64,000 nt of DNA from a virus (Duplodnaviria > Heunggongvirae > Uroviricota > Caudoviricetes): IMG/VR virus record IMGVR_UViG_2563366974_000010. The stretch is one strand, 5' to 3'. The position numbers were made by a program, and so were the translations under genes. Below the pieces are notes generated by a model that worked only from the letters and a program-made list of their open reading frames with translations, was not told where the DNA came from and searched no databases. The stretch's first letter is position 1. Each line of letters opens with the position of its first letter. This document shows positions 9,156 to 18,910 of this stretch, in pieces.

Positions 9156-9611
9156 ATGACTCTTCCAGTAGACGGCATCAAGCTCCATCGCGGCAACTTC
9201 GCAGCCATCGGTCAGCAGATTCAGCCCTTGCTTGATGCCGGGCAATGCTTTCGCCTTCAGGTTAAGCCGTGGCGCGAGAAGCGCAGCCTGTCGCAGAACG
9301 CTCTCAGCCACATGTGGTACACGGAAATCAGCGAATGCCTCATCACCCGCGGCAAGACCTTCGCTACGCCTGAATGGGTCAAAGACGCGATGAAGCACAC
9401 CTATCTCGGCTACGAAAGCAAGGACAGGGTAGACGTCGTGTCCGGAGAGGTAACCACGGTCCAATCCCTCCGCCATACGTCAGAGCTGGAAACCGGCGAG
9501 ATGTACATCTTCCTGTGCAAAGTCGAAGCCTGGGCGATGAATATTGGATGCCACCTGACCATTCCGCAGAGCTGCGAGTACCAGCAGCTGCGCGATAAGC
9601 AGGAGGCCTGA
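9156..9611 (+). CDS. ninB: NinB-like recombination protein
   Basis: Motif RSLSQNALSHMWYTEIS; position in nin region; AAGGAGG RBS. Confidence 0.65.
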   Translation: MTLPVDGIKLHRGNFAAIGQQIQPLLDAGQCFRLQVKPWREKRSLSQNALSHMWYTEISECLITRGKTFATPEWVKDAMKHTYLGYESKDRVDVVSGEVTTVQSLRHTSELETGEMYIFLCKVEAWAMNIGCHLTIPQSCEYQQLRDKQEA

Positions 9612-9781
9612 TGTCTACTCCACTTTCCCGCGTCATCACCAACGAAATCTTCCGCGTTCCGGCGCGCCGCAAGCGTAAGCCAGCGGTTAAGCCGTCCGAC
9701 ATCCCGACTTTCAAGGACTACACCGCCCGCCTGGTCGATCAGAAATGGCTGCGTCTCGCGGCGAGGAGAGCGCATGGCTAA
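9611..9781 (+). CDS. ninE: NinE-like small protein (56 aa)
   Basis: C-terminus KPSDIPTFKDYTARLVDQKWLRLAARR resembles lambda NinE; between ninB and YbcO-like gene. Confidence 0.5.
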   Translation: MSTPLSRVITNEIFRVPARRKRKPAVKPSDIPTFKDYTARLVDQKWLRLAARRAHG

Positions 9782-10064
9782 TTTATGCAAAGCCGCACGC
9801 GGCCGCGAATGTCAGGTGCGGATCCCCGGCGTCTGTAATGGAAATCCTGAAACAACTGTACTGGCGCATATTCGGCTTGCTGGTCTGTGTGGTACGGGAA
9901 TCAAGCCGCCTGACCTGATCGCCACAATCGCATGCAGCAGCTGCCACGACGAGATTGATCGACGCACCCGTCTGGTCGATGCGGAATATGCAAAGGAGTG
10001 CGCGCTGGAGGGCATGGCCCGCACGCAGGTTATCTGGCTGAAAGAGGGGCTCGTGAAATCATGA
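9774..10064 (+). CDS. YbcO-like (DUF1364) protein
   Basis: Cys-rich pattern [11 protein letters not shown]...[11 protein letters not shown]; precedes rusA as in DLP12-type nin regions. Confidence 0.65.
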   Translation: MANLCKAARGRECQVRIPGVCNGNPETTVLAHIRLAGLCGTGIKPPDLIATIACSSCHDEIDRRTRLVDAEYAKECALEGMARTQVIWLKEGLVKS

Positions 10065-10423
10065 ACCAATACCGTATCTCATTGCCATGGCCGCCGAGCA
10101 ACAACCGCTACTACCGGCATAACCGCGGGCGCACGCATATCAGCGTAGAAGGGCAGGCGTACCGCGACAGTGTCGCCAGAATCATCAAAGACTCAATGCT
10201 GGATATCGGCCTGTCCACGCCGGTGAAAATTCGCATCGAGTGCCACATGCCGGATCGCCGCCGCCGTGACCTGGACAACCTGCAAAAGGCAGCGTTCGAC
10301 GCGCTGACTAAATCAGGGTTCTGGCTCGATGACCAGCAGGTTGATTACTACAGCGTGAAGAGAATGCCTGTCGTCAAAGGCGGAAAGCTTGAACTGACAA
10401 TCACTGAACTGGAGGCAGCATGA
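10061..10423 (+). CDS. rusA: Holliday junction resolvase RusA
   Basis: [10 protein letters not shown] and [11 protein letters not shown] motifs. Confidence 0.85.
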   Translation: MNQYRISLPWPPSNNRYYRHNRGRTHISVEGQAYRDSVARIIKDSMLDIGLSTPVKIRIECHMPDRRRRDLDNLQKAAFDALTKSGFWLDDQQVDYYSVKRMPVVKGGKLELTITELEAA

Positions 10424-10560
10424 AGCCAGAAGCGCTCGAGATAATCCGCACTCGTTGGCAGCGACTCCGTATTTACCGCCGCCCTGGATCCGTGCTGGTT
10501 GACTACCGAATCCTTCGAAACTTCGTCCGCATTTATCATCAAGCAGGAGCCACACAATGA
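10420..10560 (+). CDS. Hypothetical small protein (46 aa), YlcG-like position
   Basis: ATGA overlap with rusA stop and with downstream start. Confidence 0.35.
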   Translation: MKPEALEIIRTRWQRLRIYRRPGSVLVDYRILRNFVRIYHQAGATQ

Positions 10561-11246
10561 ACAGTCAGCAACTGGAATACGTACGTCAGCAGCTCATTGT
10601 GGCGACCGCCGATCTGAGCGGGGCGACGAAAGGCCAACTGGTAGCTTTCGCCGAGAACGCGCAATTCACCGCTACAGCGCGTAGCCGGGGCCGGAAGAAA
10701 GTTTATGATGTGCAGAAAAAGCGCATGGTTAACCCTGATAGTCCGCCGATGAGCGGCAGCCAGTCCCGCGCCAAGGGATCGTCAATCGCTCTGGTGTGCC
10801 CGGTAGAGTTCATGACAGCATCATGGCGCCGCGCTGTCTTGTCTCTTGACGACCATCAGAAAGCGTGGCTGCTGTGGAACTACAGTGAGAACATCCGCTT
10901 CGAGTACCAGGTGGCGATCACCCATTGGGCGTGGTCAGAATTCCGGGAGCAACTTGGCGCGAAGAAGGTGGCTGGCAAGACGATGGAGCGCCTGAAGAAG
11001 CTTATATGGCTGGCGGCGCAGGACGTTAAAGCGGAGCTGGCGGGGCGCGAGACGTACGAATATCAGGCGCTGGCGGAACTAGCGGGTGTTGCAAAATCAA
11101 CCTGGACAGAGACGTATCTGCCTCACTGGCTGGCAATGCGTAACAGCTTTAAGCGACTCGATAGCGGTGCGCTTATCTCAGTAACGCGATCACGTTCACA
11201 ACAAAAGGCGACAAATTTGGATGTAAGTCTTGCAAAACCGAACTGA
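10557..11246 (+). CDS. Putative late-gene antiterminator (Q-like) by position
   Basis: Follows rusA; followed by short promoter-proximal terminator (tR'-like) and lysis cassette; no family motif verified. Confidence 0.45.
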   Translation: MNSQQLEYVRQQLIVATADLSGATKGQLVAFAENAQFTATARSRGRKKVYDVQKKRMVNPDSPPMSGSQSRAKGSSIALVCPVEFMTASWRRAVLSLDDHQKAWLLWNYSENIRFEYQVAITHWAWSEFREQLGAKKVAGKTMERLKKLIWLAAQDVKAELAGRETYEYQALAELAGVAKSTWTETYLPHWLAMRNSFKRLDSGALISVTRSRSQQKATNLDVSLAKPN

Positions 11247-11312
11247 AACGCATATATTTCATGTAAATATGATATCGTCGCCATAGCTTTGATTGTCGAC
11301 TGAATATAAAAA

Positions 11313-11334
11313 CCTCGCCACCGTGCGGGGTTTT
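11313..11334 (+). terminator. Intrinsic terminator (tR'-like) downstream of Q-like gene
   Basis: CCTCGC-caccgt-GCGGGG hairpin (one G-U) followed by TTTT. Confidence 0.5.
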
Positions 11335-11352
11335 GTCGTTTCTGGAGCCAAC

Positions 11353-11679
11353 ATGTCCGAGAAAATCACAGAGCAATTGGTCTTTCGCCCTGCCAGTGAA
11401 AAACTGACAAAGGATCTGGATGGTGAGTGGGTGATTCTGCTCAATCCATGCGATGGCTGGCATATTGCCCATGTGGTGGCGCTGGAAGAGGATGGCGAGG
11501 TCTACCATGTCGGAGCATATCAATTTGCAGGCGGCGAGTTCGAGCCGCACGAATTTTATGTTGCCTGGGCTTTGCTTCCAGACTCAATAAAACTGTCTGA
11601 TCGCTTTGAAGATCAGAGGATGAGTCAAGAAATTAGAGACGCTCGCTGGCGTGAATGGACAGCCAGCATCAATAAGTGA
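11353..11679 (+). CDS. Hypothetical protein (108 aa) in late-promoter-proximal moron slot
   Basis: GGAG RBS 6 nt upstream of ATG 11353; located between tR'-like terminator and tRNA. Confidence 0.45.
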   Translation: MSEKITEQLVFRPASEKLTKDLDGEWVILLNPCDGWHIAHVVALEEDGEVYHVGAYQFAGGEFEPHEFYVAWALLPDSIKLSDRFEDQRMSQEIRDARWREWTASINK

Positions 11680-11694
11680 TTTCAAACCAAATTC

Positions 11695-11769
11695 GCCGGT
11701 CTAGTTCAGTGGCAGAACGGCAGCCTTGTAAGCTGCGCGTCAGAGGTTCGATTCCTTTGCCCGGCACCA
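11695..11769 (+). tRNA. tRNA-Thr (anticodon TGT)
   Basis: Manual cloverleaf: acceptor GCCGGTC/GCCCGGC (1 mismatch), D arm GTTC-AGTGGCA-GAAC, anticodon arm GCAGC-CTTGTAA-GCTGC, T arm AGAGG-TTCGATT-CCTTT, CCA end. Confidence 0.7.
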
Positions 11770-11933
11770 GAACCCACTGCCTGGGACCCTTCGGCCATAG
11801 AGCCGGCATTGCCTTACCCTCACATTGCCAGCCTGTCGCTGGCTTTTTTATTTTCAGGCTCCGGGAACCATCATCGACACGCCTACTTGTTAAATCGTCC
11901 CGAGGGCCTGAACCAACTACACACGGAATAAAT

Positions 11934-12335
11934 ATGTCTGAGACCTTCACTATCGTAGGCGTTGGTCTTACATCGTCATCAGTCGGTGTAACCTTTGCCA
12001 CGCTGTTTCCGGAGGCGACTCCAGCAGTGATGCTCGGATCACTCGCCGGAACTGCGCTATACGTTCTGACCTCAGATCCCCATCAACTCTGGAAGCAGGC
12101 TATCTTTGCGCTGATATCGTTTATCAGTGGCGTGTTCTTCTCCGTACCCATGGCGAAAATCATGGCCGGAATCATCAACACGCCGTTAAGCCTGATGAAG
12201 CCACCAGCCAGCATTGAGGTATCGCCAGCTGTCGGTGCAATTGTCACTGCTTCCATTTCCGTGGCAGTCCTGCTGCGTATTCTCCGCAAATCCAAAAGCG
12301 GGAAGATGCCGGGGCTGGGGGAGGAAGATAAATGA
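11934..12335 (+). CDS. Holin-like membrane protein (133 aa)
   Basis: Multiple hydrophobic segments; first gene of lysis cassette. Confidence 0.5.
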   Translation: MSETFTIVGVGLTSSSVGVTFATLFPEATPAVMLGSLAGTALYVLTSDPHQLWKQAIFALISFISGVFFSVPMAKIMAGIINTPLSLMKPPASIEVSPAVGAIVTASISVAVLLRILRKSKSGKMPGLGEEDK

Positions 12336-12607
12336 CATGGCAGCTTCTTCTGATGGATGCAAACGCCATAGTTTGCCTGTTAATCATGGTCAGGCTGATG
12401 TTTTTCCGGAAAGAGGGAAAGCGTCATCGCCTGAGTGTCGCGGTGCTGGCCTACCTGGTCATACTTGCCGCCGGATTCAACGCCTTCAACATTCTGCTCG
12501 GCCACTACGTTCAGGTTAACCTTGGCGACCTGCTGCTGAACTCCGTCATATGCATGGCGGTGTGGCTGGCGCGTGGGAACCTGGCGAAGGTCGTTATAAC
12601 GGAGTAG
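12332..12607 (+). CDS. Small membrane protein (91 aa), holin/antiholin-like
   Basis: Hydrophobic helices; immediately upstream of endolysin. Confidence 0.5.
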   Translation: MTWQLLLMDANAIVCLLIMVRLMFFRKEGKRHRLSVAVLAYLVILAAGFNAFNILLGHYVQVNLGDLLLNSVICMAVWLARGNLAKVVITE

Positions 12608-12610
12608 TCC

Positions 12611-13051
12611 ATGCAAACCAGCGAAAAGGGCATTGCCCTAATCAAAGAATTCGAAGGCTGTAGACTCACTGCTTACCAGGACAGCGTGGGCGTATGGACG
12701 ATCGGCTATGGCTGGACTCAACCTGTGGATGGAAAACCAATCCGCGCCGGGATGACTATCAAGCAGGAAACAGCAGAACGTCTGCTGAAGACCGGGCTGG
12801 TCAGCTATGAAAACGACGTGTCCCGCCTGGTTAAAGTCGGCTTGACTCAGGGGCAATTCGACGCCCTGGTGTCGTTCACGTATAACCTCGGCGCTCGGTC
12901 ATTGTCGACATCGACACTCCTGCGAAAACTCAATGCCGGTGATTACGCTGGTGCTGCTGATGAGTTCCCGCGCTGGAACAAAGCAGGTGGCAAAGTCCTG
13001 AACGGGCTAACCCGTCGGCGTGAGGCGGAGCGCGCTCTGTTTCTGTCGTGA
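12611..13051 (+). CDS. Endolysin, GH24 (T4-lysozyme-like) family
   Basis: Catalytic block EFEGCRLTAYQD...GVWTIGYG; ends with RREAERALF. Confidence 0.85.
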   Translation: MQTSEKGIALIKEFEGCRLTAYQDSVGVWTIGYGWTQPVDGKPIRAGMTIKQETAERLLKTGLVSYENDVSRLVKVGLTQGQFDALVSFTYNLGARSLSTSTLLRKLNAGDYAGAADEFPRWNKAGGKVLNGLTRRREAERALFLS

Positions 13052-13434
13052 TTAGCGCACTGGTTAAGCGTTACTGGCTGCAACTGATTGTGGTGGCGGT
13101 AATCGGCGTGCTGGCGTTCTTCGTGAACCACTACCGCGACAACGCCATTACCTACAAAGACCAGCGCGACAAGGCGACGGTCAGGGCAGATACATCGGAG
13201 GCGATCACCAGCAACGTGATCACCACGATGAACCTCATCCGTGACATTTCACAGGCTACCCAGAATGCAAAGAACGAACTGGCCCATAAAGGCGAAACGC
13301 GCATTGTCTACATCAGGCAGGCGCTTGAAGGCGATCCGTGCGCTAACCAGCTTGTTCCTTCTGCCGCTGCTGACAGCCTGCGGGAATACGCAGACAGTTT
13401 ACGTTCCGGCCCCGGTGGTTCCGATAAGCGCTGA
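13048..13434 (+). CDS. Rz-like i-spanin
   Basis: N-terminal TM helix, coiled-coil-like remainder; after endolysin. Confidence 0.65.
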   Translation: MISALVKRYWLQLIVVAVIGVLAFFVNHYRDNAITYKDQRDKATVRADTSEAITSNVITTMNLIRDISQATQNAKNELAHKGETRIVYIRQALEGDPCANQLVPSAAADSLREYADSLRSGPGGSDKR

Positions 13435-13585
13435 CCTGACAGCTGACACGCCGATCCCCGGAATTACGGTTCCGTTCACGTGGCAGGCAAGTCTGGAGTT
13501 AAACGCTCAGCTCTACACGGCGCTGGGGCAGTGCAATCTGGATAAGGCTGCGATCAGGAAAATTGAAGAAGCGAGAAAAAAATAA
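13325..13585 (+). CDS. Rz1-like o-spanin lipoprotein (overlapped arrangement)
   Basis: +1 frame within and beyond Rz; signal peptide with lipobox LLTAC; start codon (TTG 13325) uncertain. Confidence 0.45.
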   Translation: MKAIRALTSLFLLPLLTACGNTQTVYVPAPVVPISADLTADTPIPGITVPFTWQASLELNAQLYTALGQCNLDKAAIRKIEEARKK

Positions 13586-13678
13586 ATTGAATTCGAGAAA
13601 TGAAAGTAGTAAAAGTCAGTCATGCTGTGAGCAGACCAGCTGAAGAGAAATCACCAAGTATCAAAAACAAAATTCTGA

Positions 13679-13704
13679 GCCTCGGCAATCGCCGGGGCTT
13701 TTTT
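13679..13704 (+). terminator. Intrinsic terminator after lysis cassette
   Basis: GCCTCGGC-aatc-GCCGGGGC hairpin then TTTTTT. Confidence 0.6.
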
Positions 13705-13857
13705 GTATCCGCATTTCACCGCGCACCGCAGCGCATTCAACCCACGTCGAACCATACCCTTTGAAATGAGCCTTTGAGGAAGTCAGTTAGTGCTGGCGAG
13801 CCTCGACGGGCTGATTTCCTATGCGGCAAAGGTTCATCTCAAAGAAAGGTACACGCT

Positions 13858-14403
13858 ATGACATATCCAACTGTGATCGTGAATGGTGTCTCTGTCCGAG
13901 TGGACGAGAAGGGGCGCTATAGCCTGAATGATCTTCATGCCGCCGCTGTCCTGAAAGGTGAGGCTACTGAGTCACAAAAGCCGGGCAAGTTTATTCGTAG
14001 TGCATCAGTAAAGCGTTTCGTTCAGGCGCTGGCAGGCAAAGGACAAAAATGTCCTTTGGAAGATAACCAGGCACTTAGAGTAATTCGCGGTGGTGACGAG
14101 CCCGGCGTATGGGCTGCAGAGCTACTCGCTATTAGATATGCCGCCTGGATTAAGCCGGAGTTTGAAATCCGCGTTTATGAAACCTTCCGCGAGGCTGTGC
14201 TCAACGGTCTTAGCAATATGAACCGACTCAACCGACTTGACCTGCTGATCGCCAATGAGACCAAAGAGGTCAGCGCATGTGCCCGGGCAATGAATAAGTG
14301 GGGCGTCGGTGGTCGCAAGAAGCTTCTCAATTGCGCTCGTGAGCGGATCGTCAGCCAGATGGACCCTGACATGGTCACGCTTATGGAAGCGAAAGCAGGG
14401 TAG
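13858..14403 (+). CDS. KilA-N domain protein
   Basis: N-terminal region VIVNGVSVRVDEKGRYSLNDLHAAAV ... VWAAELLAIRYAAWIKPEF typical of KilA-N/APSES DNA-binding domains. Confidence 0.6.
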   Translation: MTYPTVIVNGVSVRVDEKGRYSLNDLHAAAVLKGEATESQKPGKFIRSASVKRFVQALAGKGQKCPLEDNQALRVIRGGDEPGVWAAELLAIRYAAWIKPEFEIRVYETFREAVLNGLSNMNRLNRLDLLIANETKEVSACARAMNKWGVGGRKKLLNCARERIVSQMDPDMVTLMEAKAG

Positions 14404-14487
14404 CCAACGCAGAATTGCGTCGGCAAATAGCGGCATTACAGAAGCTCTTCACTGAGGGGCTTCGATAATGACAAGCAGAGGTAAATT

Positions 14488-14640
14488 ATGATTGGCACCC
14501 TAACCTATAAAATGACACTTCGCCCATACATGAAGCCCTTGCTGTTTGTCGCGGCAATGACTAACTGGCACTGGTTAACCGATATCTGCTTCAAGAAAGA
14601 GATTGTCGCAGAAGGCGCGAAGGTGGAGCTAAATGGCTGA
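14488..14640 (+). CDS. Hypothetical small protein (50 aa)
   Basis: GAGG RBS; manual translation. Confidence 0.3.
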   Translation: MIGTLTYKMTLRPYMKPLLFVAAMTNWHWLTDICFKKEIVAEGAKVELNG

Positions 14641-14851
14641 CATCTACCAAATCACGCTAACCACCCAAACAGGCGAAACCTTCACGGGCAAGATGTCACG
14701 ACGTCAGCCTGAGCTGGTTAACGGCTTTGTGCCGCTGGCGACCGAAACGGGGCAGTGGCTGTACTTCGCTCCTGCTGATGTAAAGCGTGTGGAGTTCACG
14801 CCAGTACCTGAAGAGCAGACCGAACAGCCAGAAGAACAAACAACGGAGTAA
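14633..14851 (+). CDS. Hypothetical protein (72 aa)
   Basis: ORF track. Confidence 0.4.
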   Translation: MADIYQITLTTQTGETFTGKMSRRQPELVNGFVPLATETGQWLYFAPADVKRVEFTPVPEEQTEQPEEQTTE

Positions 14852-14854
14852 CTC

Positions 14855-15487
14855 ATGGCAAGCGACGAAGAGAAAAGGCCACTGCCGAGTTCAGCATTCG
14901 TCGAAGAGTTCGCGCCATACACAAGACTGATTCCAGCTGATGGCGTGTGGCAGTGGGTACAAGCGAACATCATTGCCGAATCAGGCCACCTGCATAACCC
15001 CGACCATATTCATCTGGCAGATGCTGATATCGGCTTCCTTTGGGCTGCTAATGCTTTCTCAAAGAAAGGGCGCACTGTTCTCGGGCAGGCCGAAGAAGTT
15101 ATGTTTCGCGCTGGCGGGTGGCAAAAAGCCCGCATGGAGCAGCAGATGTATGAATGGTTCGGGCATAAGCCGGATTACATCATTACCCTTGCTGGCGACT
15201 TCTGCCTTAAGTGCTCTGATCTGGAATTCTGCGCCCTGATTGAACATGAGCTTTACCACATCGCCCAAGAGGTTGATGAGTTCAGCGCTCCCAAGTTCTA
15301 CAGAGACAGTGGTTTGCCAAAACTTTGCATGCGTGGTCATGACGTCGAAGAGTTTATCGGCGTGGTTCGCAGATACGGCGCAAGCTCTGATGTGCAGGAA
15401 TTGGTAGACGCTGCAAACAACCCCGCCGAAGTGGCGAAAATTAACATAGCCAGAGCATGCGGAACGTGCATGCTGAAGCTGGCTTAA
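14855..15487 (+). CDS. Putative zinc metallopeptidase (HExxH)
   Basis: Motif IEHELYHIAQ = HExxH. Confidence 0.5.
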   Translation: MASDEEKRPLPSSAFVEEFAPYTRLIPADGVWQWVQANIIAESGHLHNPDHIHLADADIGFLWAANAFSKKGRTVLGQAEEVMFRAGGWQKARMEQQMYEWFGHKPDYIITLAGDFCLKCSDLEFCALIEHELYHIAQEVDEFSAPKFYRDSGLPKLCMRGHDVEEFIGVVRRYGASSDVQELVDAANNPAEVAKINIARACGTCMLKLA

Positions 15488-15517
15488 ATTTGTAATGCTT
15501 TGGAAGGATGGTGATTC

Positions 15518-15973
15518 ATGGCTGCACTAAAACCAGAGGTGAAAGCCGCCATCGTTCAAATGCTTGCGTGCTATGACACCCTGTCGATTGTGGTCGACTC
15601 CGTCCAAAAAGATTACGGGATAAAAGTCACCCCGCAGCAAGTCGAATCGCACGACCCGACTAAGGCCAGCGGGAAAGGGCTGGCGCAGAAATGGGTAGAA
15701 CTATTCAACGAAACCCGCAAGCGCTTCCAGACAGAAATCAGCGACATCCCGATCGCTAACAAAGCCTATCGTCTGCGCGCGCTCGACCGGATGATGACCA
15801 ACGCCGAGAAGATGCGAAACATGGCTCTTGCCGCATCGCTAATGGAGCAGGCGGCGAAAGAGGTTGGCGATGCGTACAGCAACAAACAGAAGGTCGAGCA
15901 CACCAGTCCGGACGGAAGCATGACGCCGAAGCCGACCATTATCCAGTTACTACCCGTTGAGCCTAAAGCATGA
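15518..15973 (+). CDS. Putative terminase small subunit
   Basis: Small gene immediately upstream of and overlapping terminase large subunit; by position only. Confidence 0.45.
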   Translation: MAALKPEVKAAIVQMLACYDTLSIVVDSVQKDYGIKVTPQQVESHDPTKASGKGLAQKWVELFNETRKRFQTEISDIPIANKAYRLRALDRMMTNAEKMRNMALAASLMEQAAKEVGDAYSNKQKVEHTSPDGSMTPKPTIIQLLPVEPKA

Positions 15974-17217
15974 GTGAAGCCGTTCAACTGCCGATCCCAG
16001 CGAAGCTTGCACCGCTGTTCACTGCTGTGAATAAGCGCTACCGGTGCTCGCACGGAGGACGTGGTAGCGCCAAGACGAGAACATTCGCCTTGATGACTGC
16101 CGTAAAGGCGTATCAGGCGATGATGAACGGTGAAAGCGGTGTGGTGCTCTGCGCTCGCGAATTTATGAACTCGCTGGAAGAGTCGAGTATGCAGGAGGTG
16201 AAACAGGCGATCCTGTCTGTTCCGTGGCTGGCTTCCAACTTTGATATCGGCGAGAAGTACATCCGCACCATCGACAAGAGCGTTAACTACGTGTTCTGCG
16301 GTCTGCGGCATAACCTCGACAGCATCAAGTCGAAAGCGCGCATCCTGCTGTGCTGGGTTGATGAAGCGGAATCAGTCAGCGAAATTGCCTGGCAGAAGCT
16401 GAGCCCGACCGTTCGTGAAGAGGGGTCAGAGATTTGGGTGACGTGGAACCCGGAGCGAGACGGTAGCGCCACGGATAAGCGTTTCCGCAAAGAGGCAGGC
16501 GACGACTGCATCACCGTTGAAATGAACTATACGGATAACCCGTGGTTCCCTGATGTGCTGGAAGGCGAGCGACAGAACGATCAGCGCCGCCTCGACCCGG
16601 CAACATACGCATGGGTGTGGGAAGGGGCTTATCTCGAAAACTCCGATAAGCAGGTACTGGCCGGGAAATACCGGATTGCTGAGTTCTCGGACCAACTATG
16701 GAAAGAGGCCGAACGTCTGTTCTTCGGTGCTGACTTCGGTTTCGCCAAAGACCCTAACACGTTGGTGCGTTCGTTCATCCTGCATAACCGGCTGTACATC
16801 GAATACGAGGCATACGGTCAGCAAACTGAGCTCGACCACATGCCAAAGCTGTACGACACGATTCCAGGTGCGCGTGACTGGCCCATTAAAGCCGACTCCG
16901 CTCGACCCGAGACGATCAGCTATCTAAAGCGGCAGGGCTTCAACATCTCAGCCGCTGAGAAATGGCAAGGAAGCGTTGAGGACGGGATCGCACACCTTCG
17001 CGGATTCGACGAAATCATTATCCATCCGCGCTGCAAGAATGTGGCGCGAGAGGCCCGCATGTGGTCGTACAAAACAGACCGCATTACTGGCGAGGTGCTG
17101 CCGAAACTGGCCGACGGCTATGAACACTGCTGGGACGGTATCCGCTACAGCCTAGACGGGCACATTAAGCGTAAAGGCCAGATGGCCGGGATGATGATCC
17201 CAAAACGGCTGCGATAA
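15970..17217 (+). CDS. Terminase large subunit
   Basis: Walker A-like CSHGGRGSAKT near N-terminus; size and position. Confidence 0.8.
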   Translation: MSEAVQLPIPAKLAPLFTAVNKRYRCSHGGRGSAKTRTFALMTAVKAYQAMMNGESGVVLCAREFMNSLEESSMQEVKQAILSVPWLASNFDIGEKYIRTIDKSVNYVFCGLRHNLDSIKSKARILLCWVDEAESVSEIAWQKLSPTVREEGSEIWVTWNPERDGSATDKRFRKEAGDDCITVEMNYTDNPWFPDVLEGERQNDQRRLDPATYAWVWEGAYLENSDKQVLAGKYRIAEFSDQLWKEAERLFFGADFGFAKDPNTLVRSFILHNRLYIEYEAYGQQTELDHMPKLYDTIPGARDWPIKADSARPETISYLKRQGFNISAAEKWQGSVEDGIAHLRGFDEIIIHPRCKNVAREARMWSYKTDRITGEVLPKLADGYEHCWDGIRYSLDGHIKRKGQMAGMMIPKRLR

Positions 17218-17276
17218 TTTGTACGAATACCAAGCGAAGTCATAATTAAACTCCCGCCATATGATTCGGAGGTTTT

Positions 17277-17510
17277 ATGCATAGCTTTGAGCACTTGGTT
17301 GCAGAAATAAGAGAAGAGTTAAGGCTTAGAGGGCTTGAGCATTCATCGCTAATTTTTACTAAGCTTGCTCAGCAATACGCCCCTTACTATCAATCATTCG
17401 AACCTGAAAGAAAAGAGGCGTTACTGCTAAAGCTTAAGGCGCTTGAGAGAAGCGTGGGGCTACAGAAACCATTTGATTGGGAATCAGCCCTCTCAACGAA
17501 AAAAGAATAG
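17277..17510 (+). CDS. Hypothetical protein (77 aa)
   Basis: ORF track; GGAGG RBS. Confidence 0.4.
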   Translation: MHSFEHLVAEIREELRLRGLEHSSLIFTKLAQQYAPYYQSFEPERKEALLLKLKALERSVGLQKPFDWESALSTKKE

Positions 17511-17560
17511 GTCGCTCAGGCGGCCTTTTTTATTGCCATAAATCCACCACCGGACAATCC

Positions 17561-18910
17561 ATGAATGACAAATTAACTCTCGCCGTCAACCATGCGTTGA
17601 ACGATGCGCGGATGGCTCGCGCCCGTATGGGGCTGATGGCGCCTACAATGGGGCTGGACAACAAGCGCCACTCTGCATGGTGCGAGTATGGATTCCCTGA
17701 GCAGGTAACCTACGAAAACCTTTATGCCCTGTACCGACGCGGTGGTATTGCCCACGGCGCAGTAGAGAAACTGGTGGGCAAGTGCTGGCAGACTAACCCG
17801 GAAATCATCGAGGGTGATCAGGCAGACAAAAAGCGCAAAGAAACCGCCTGGGAGAAAAAGGCCAAACAGGTATTCACCAACCGATTCTGGCGCTCATTCT
17901 CTGAGGCCGATCGCCGTCGTCTGGTGGGCCGTTATGCTGGCATCCTTCTGCACGTCCGCGATGAAAAAGACTGGAACCTTCCGGTAACCAAAGGGCGAGG
18001 TCTTCAGAAAATATCGGTGGCGTGGGCAGGATCGCTTACGGTGAGCGAGTGGGACACTGGCCTGAACTCGAAGACGTACGGCCAGCCTCAGATGTGGCAG
18101 TACGCCGAACGCTTGCCGAATGGTTCAAGTCGCCGCGTCAATATCCACCCCGATCGCGTTTTCATCCTTGGTGATTACTCAGACGATGCTATTGGCTTCC
18201 TTGAGCCAGCTTATAACGCCTTTGTAAGCCTGGAGAAGGTAGAGGGTGGATCCGGCGAGTCATTCCTGAAGAACGCCGCGCGCCAGCTTAATGTCAACTT
18301 TGAGAAGGAAATCGACTTCAACAATCTTGCGTCACTTTATGGCGTGAGCATTGACGAGTTGCAGGATAAGTTTAACGAAGTTGCCGGGGAAATGAACCGT
18401 GGCAACGATGTTTTGATGACAACCCAAGGGGCCACGGTCACACCGCTGGTGACTGCTGTAGCTGATCCTTCAGCGACCTATAACGTCAACCTGCAAACGG
18501 CTGCCGCCGGTGTTGATATCCCGACGCGCATTCTGGTTGGTAATCAGCAGGCCGAGCGCTCCAGCACCGAAGACCAGAAATACTTTAATGCTCGTTGTCA
18601 GTCGCGACGCGTAGACCTCTCTTTCGAAATAGAGGACTTCTGCGACAAGCTTATCGATCTACAAATCGTAGACTCAGTCAGTCAGAAGGCTGTTATCTGG
18701 GATGACCTTAACGAACAGACCGGTACTGAGAAGCTCACTAACGCCAAGACCATGGGCGAAATTAACCAGACCATGCAGGGCAGCGGCGAAGAGCCAGCGT
18801 TCAGCCGTGAAGAGATTCGTACAGCTGCGGGTTATGACAATGACGACGAAGAGCCGTTAGGAGAAGAGGATGGCGACGAACAAGACGAAGCCACCAATTC
18901 TACCGCGTAA
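17561..18910 (+). CDS. Putative portal protein
   Basis: About 450 aa, acidic C-terminus, follows terminase; by position and size. Confidence 0.55.
   Translation: MNDKLTLAVNHALNDARMARARMGLMAPTMGLDNKRHSAWCEYGFPEQVTYENLYALYRRGGIAHGAVEKLVGKCWQTNPEIIEGDQADKKRKETAWEKKAKQVFTNRFWRSFSEADRRRLVGRYAGILLHVRDEKDWNLPVTKGRGLQKISVAWAGSLTVSEWDTGLNSKTYGQPQMWQYAERLPNGSSRRVNIHPDRVFILGDYSDDAIGFLEPAYNAFVSLEKVEGGSGESFLKNAARQLNVNFEKEIDFNNLASLYGVSIDELQDKFNEVAGEMNRGNDVLMTTQGATVTPLVTAVADPSATYNVNLQTAAAGVDIPTRILVGNQQAERSSTEDQKYFNARCQSRRVDLSFEIEDFCDKLIDLQIVDSVSQKAVIWDDLNEQTGTEKLTNAKTMGEINQTMQGSGEEPAFSREEIRTAAGYDNDDEEPLGEEDGDEQDEATNSTA

Noticed and set aside
11676-12335. 219-aa plus-strand ORF in the ORF track
   Set aside because: Its N-terminal part runs through the tRNA-Thr gene and a noncoding interval; the real gene is the C-terminal part starting at ATG 11934
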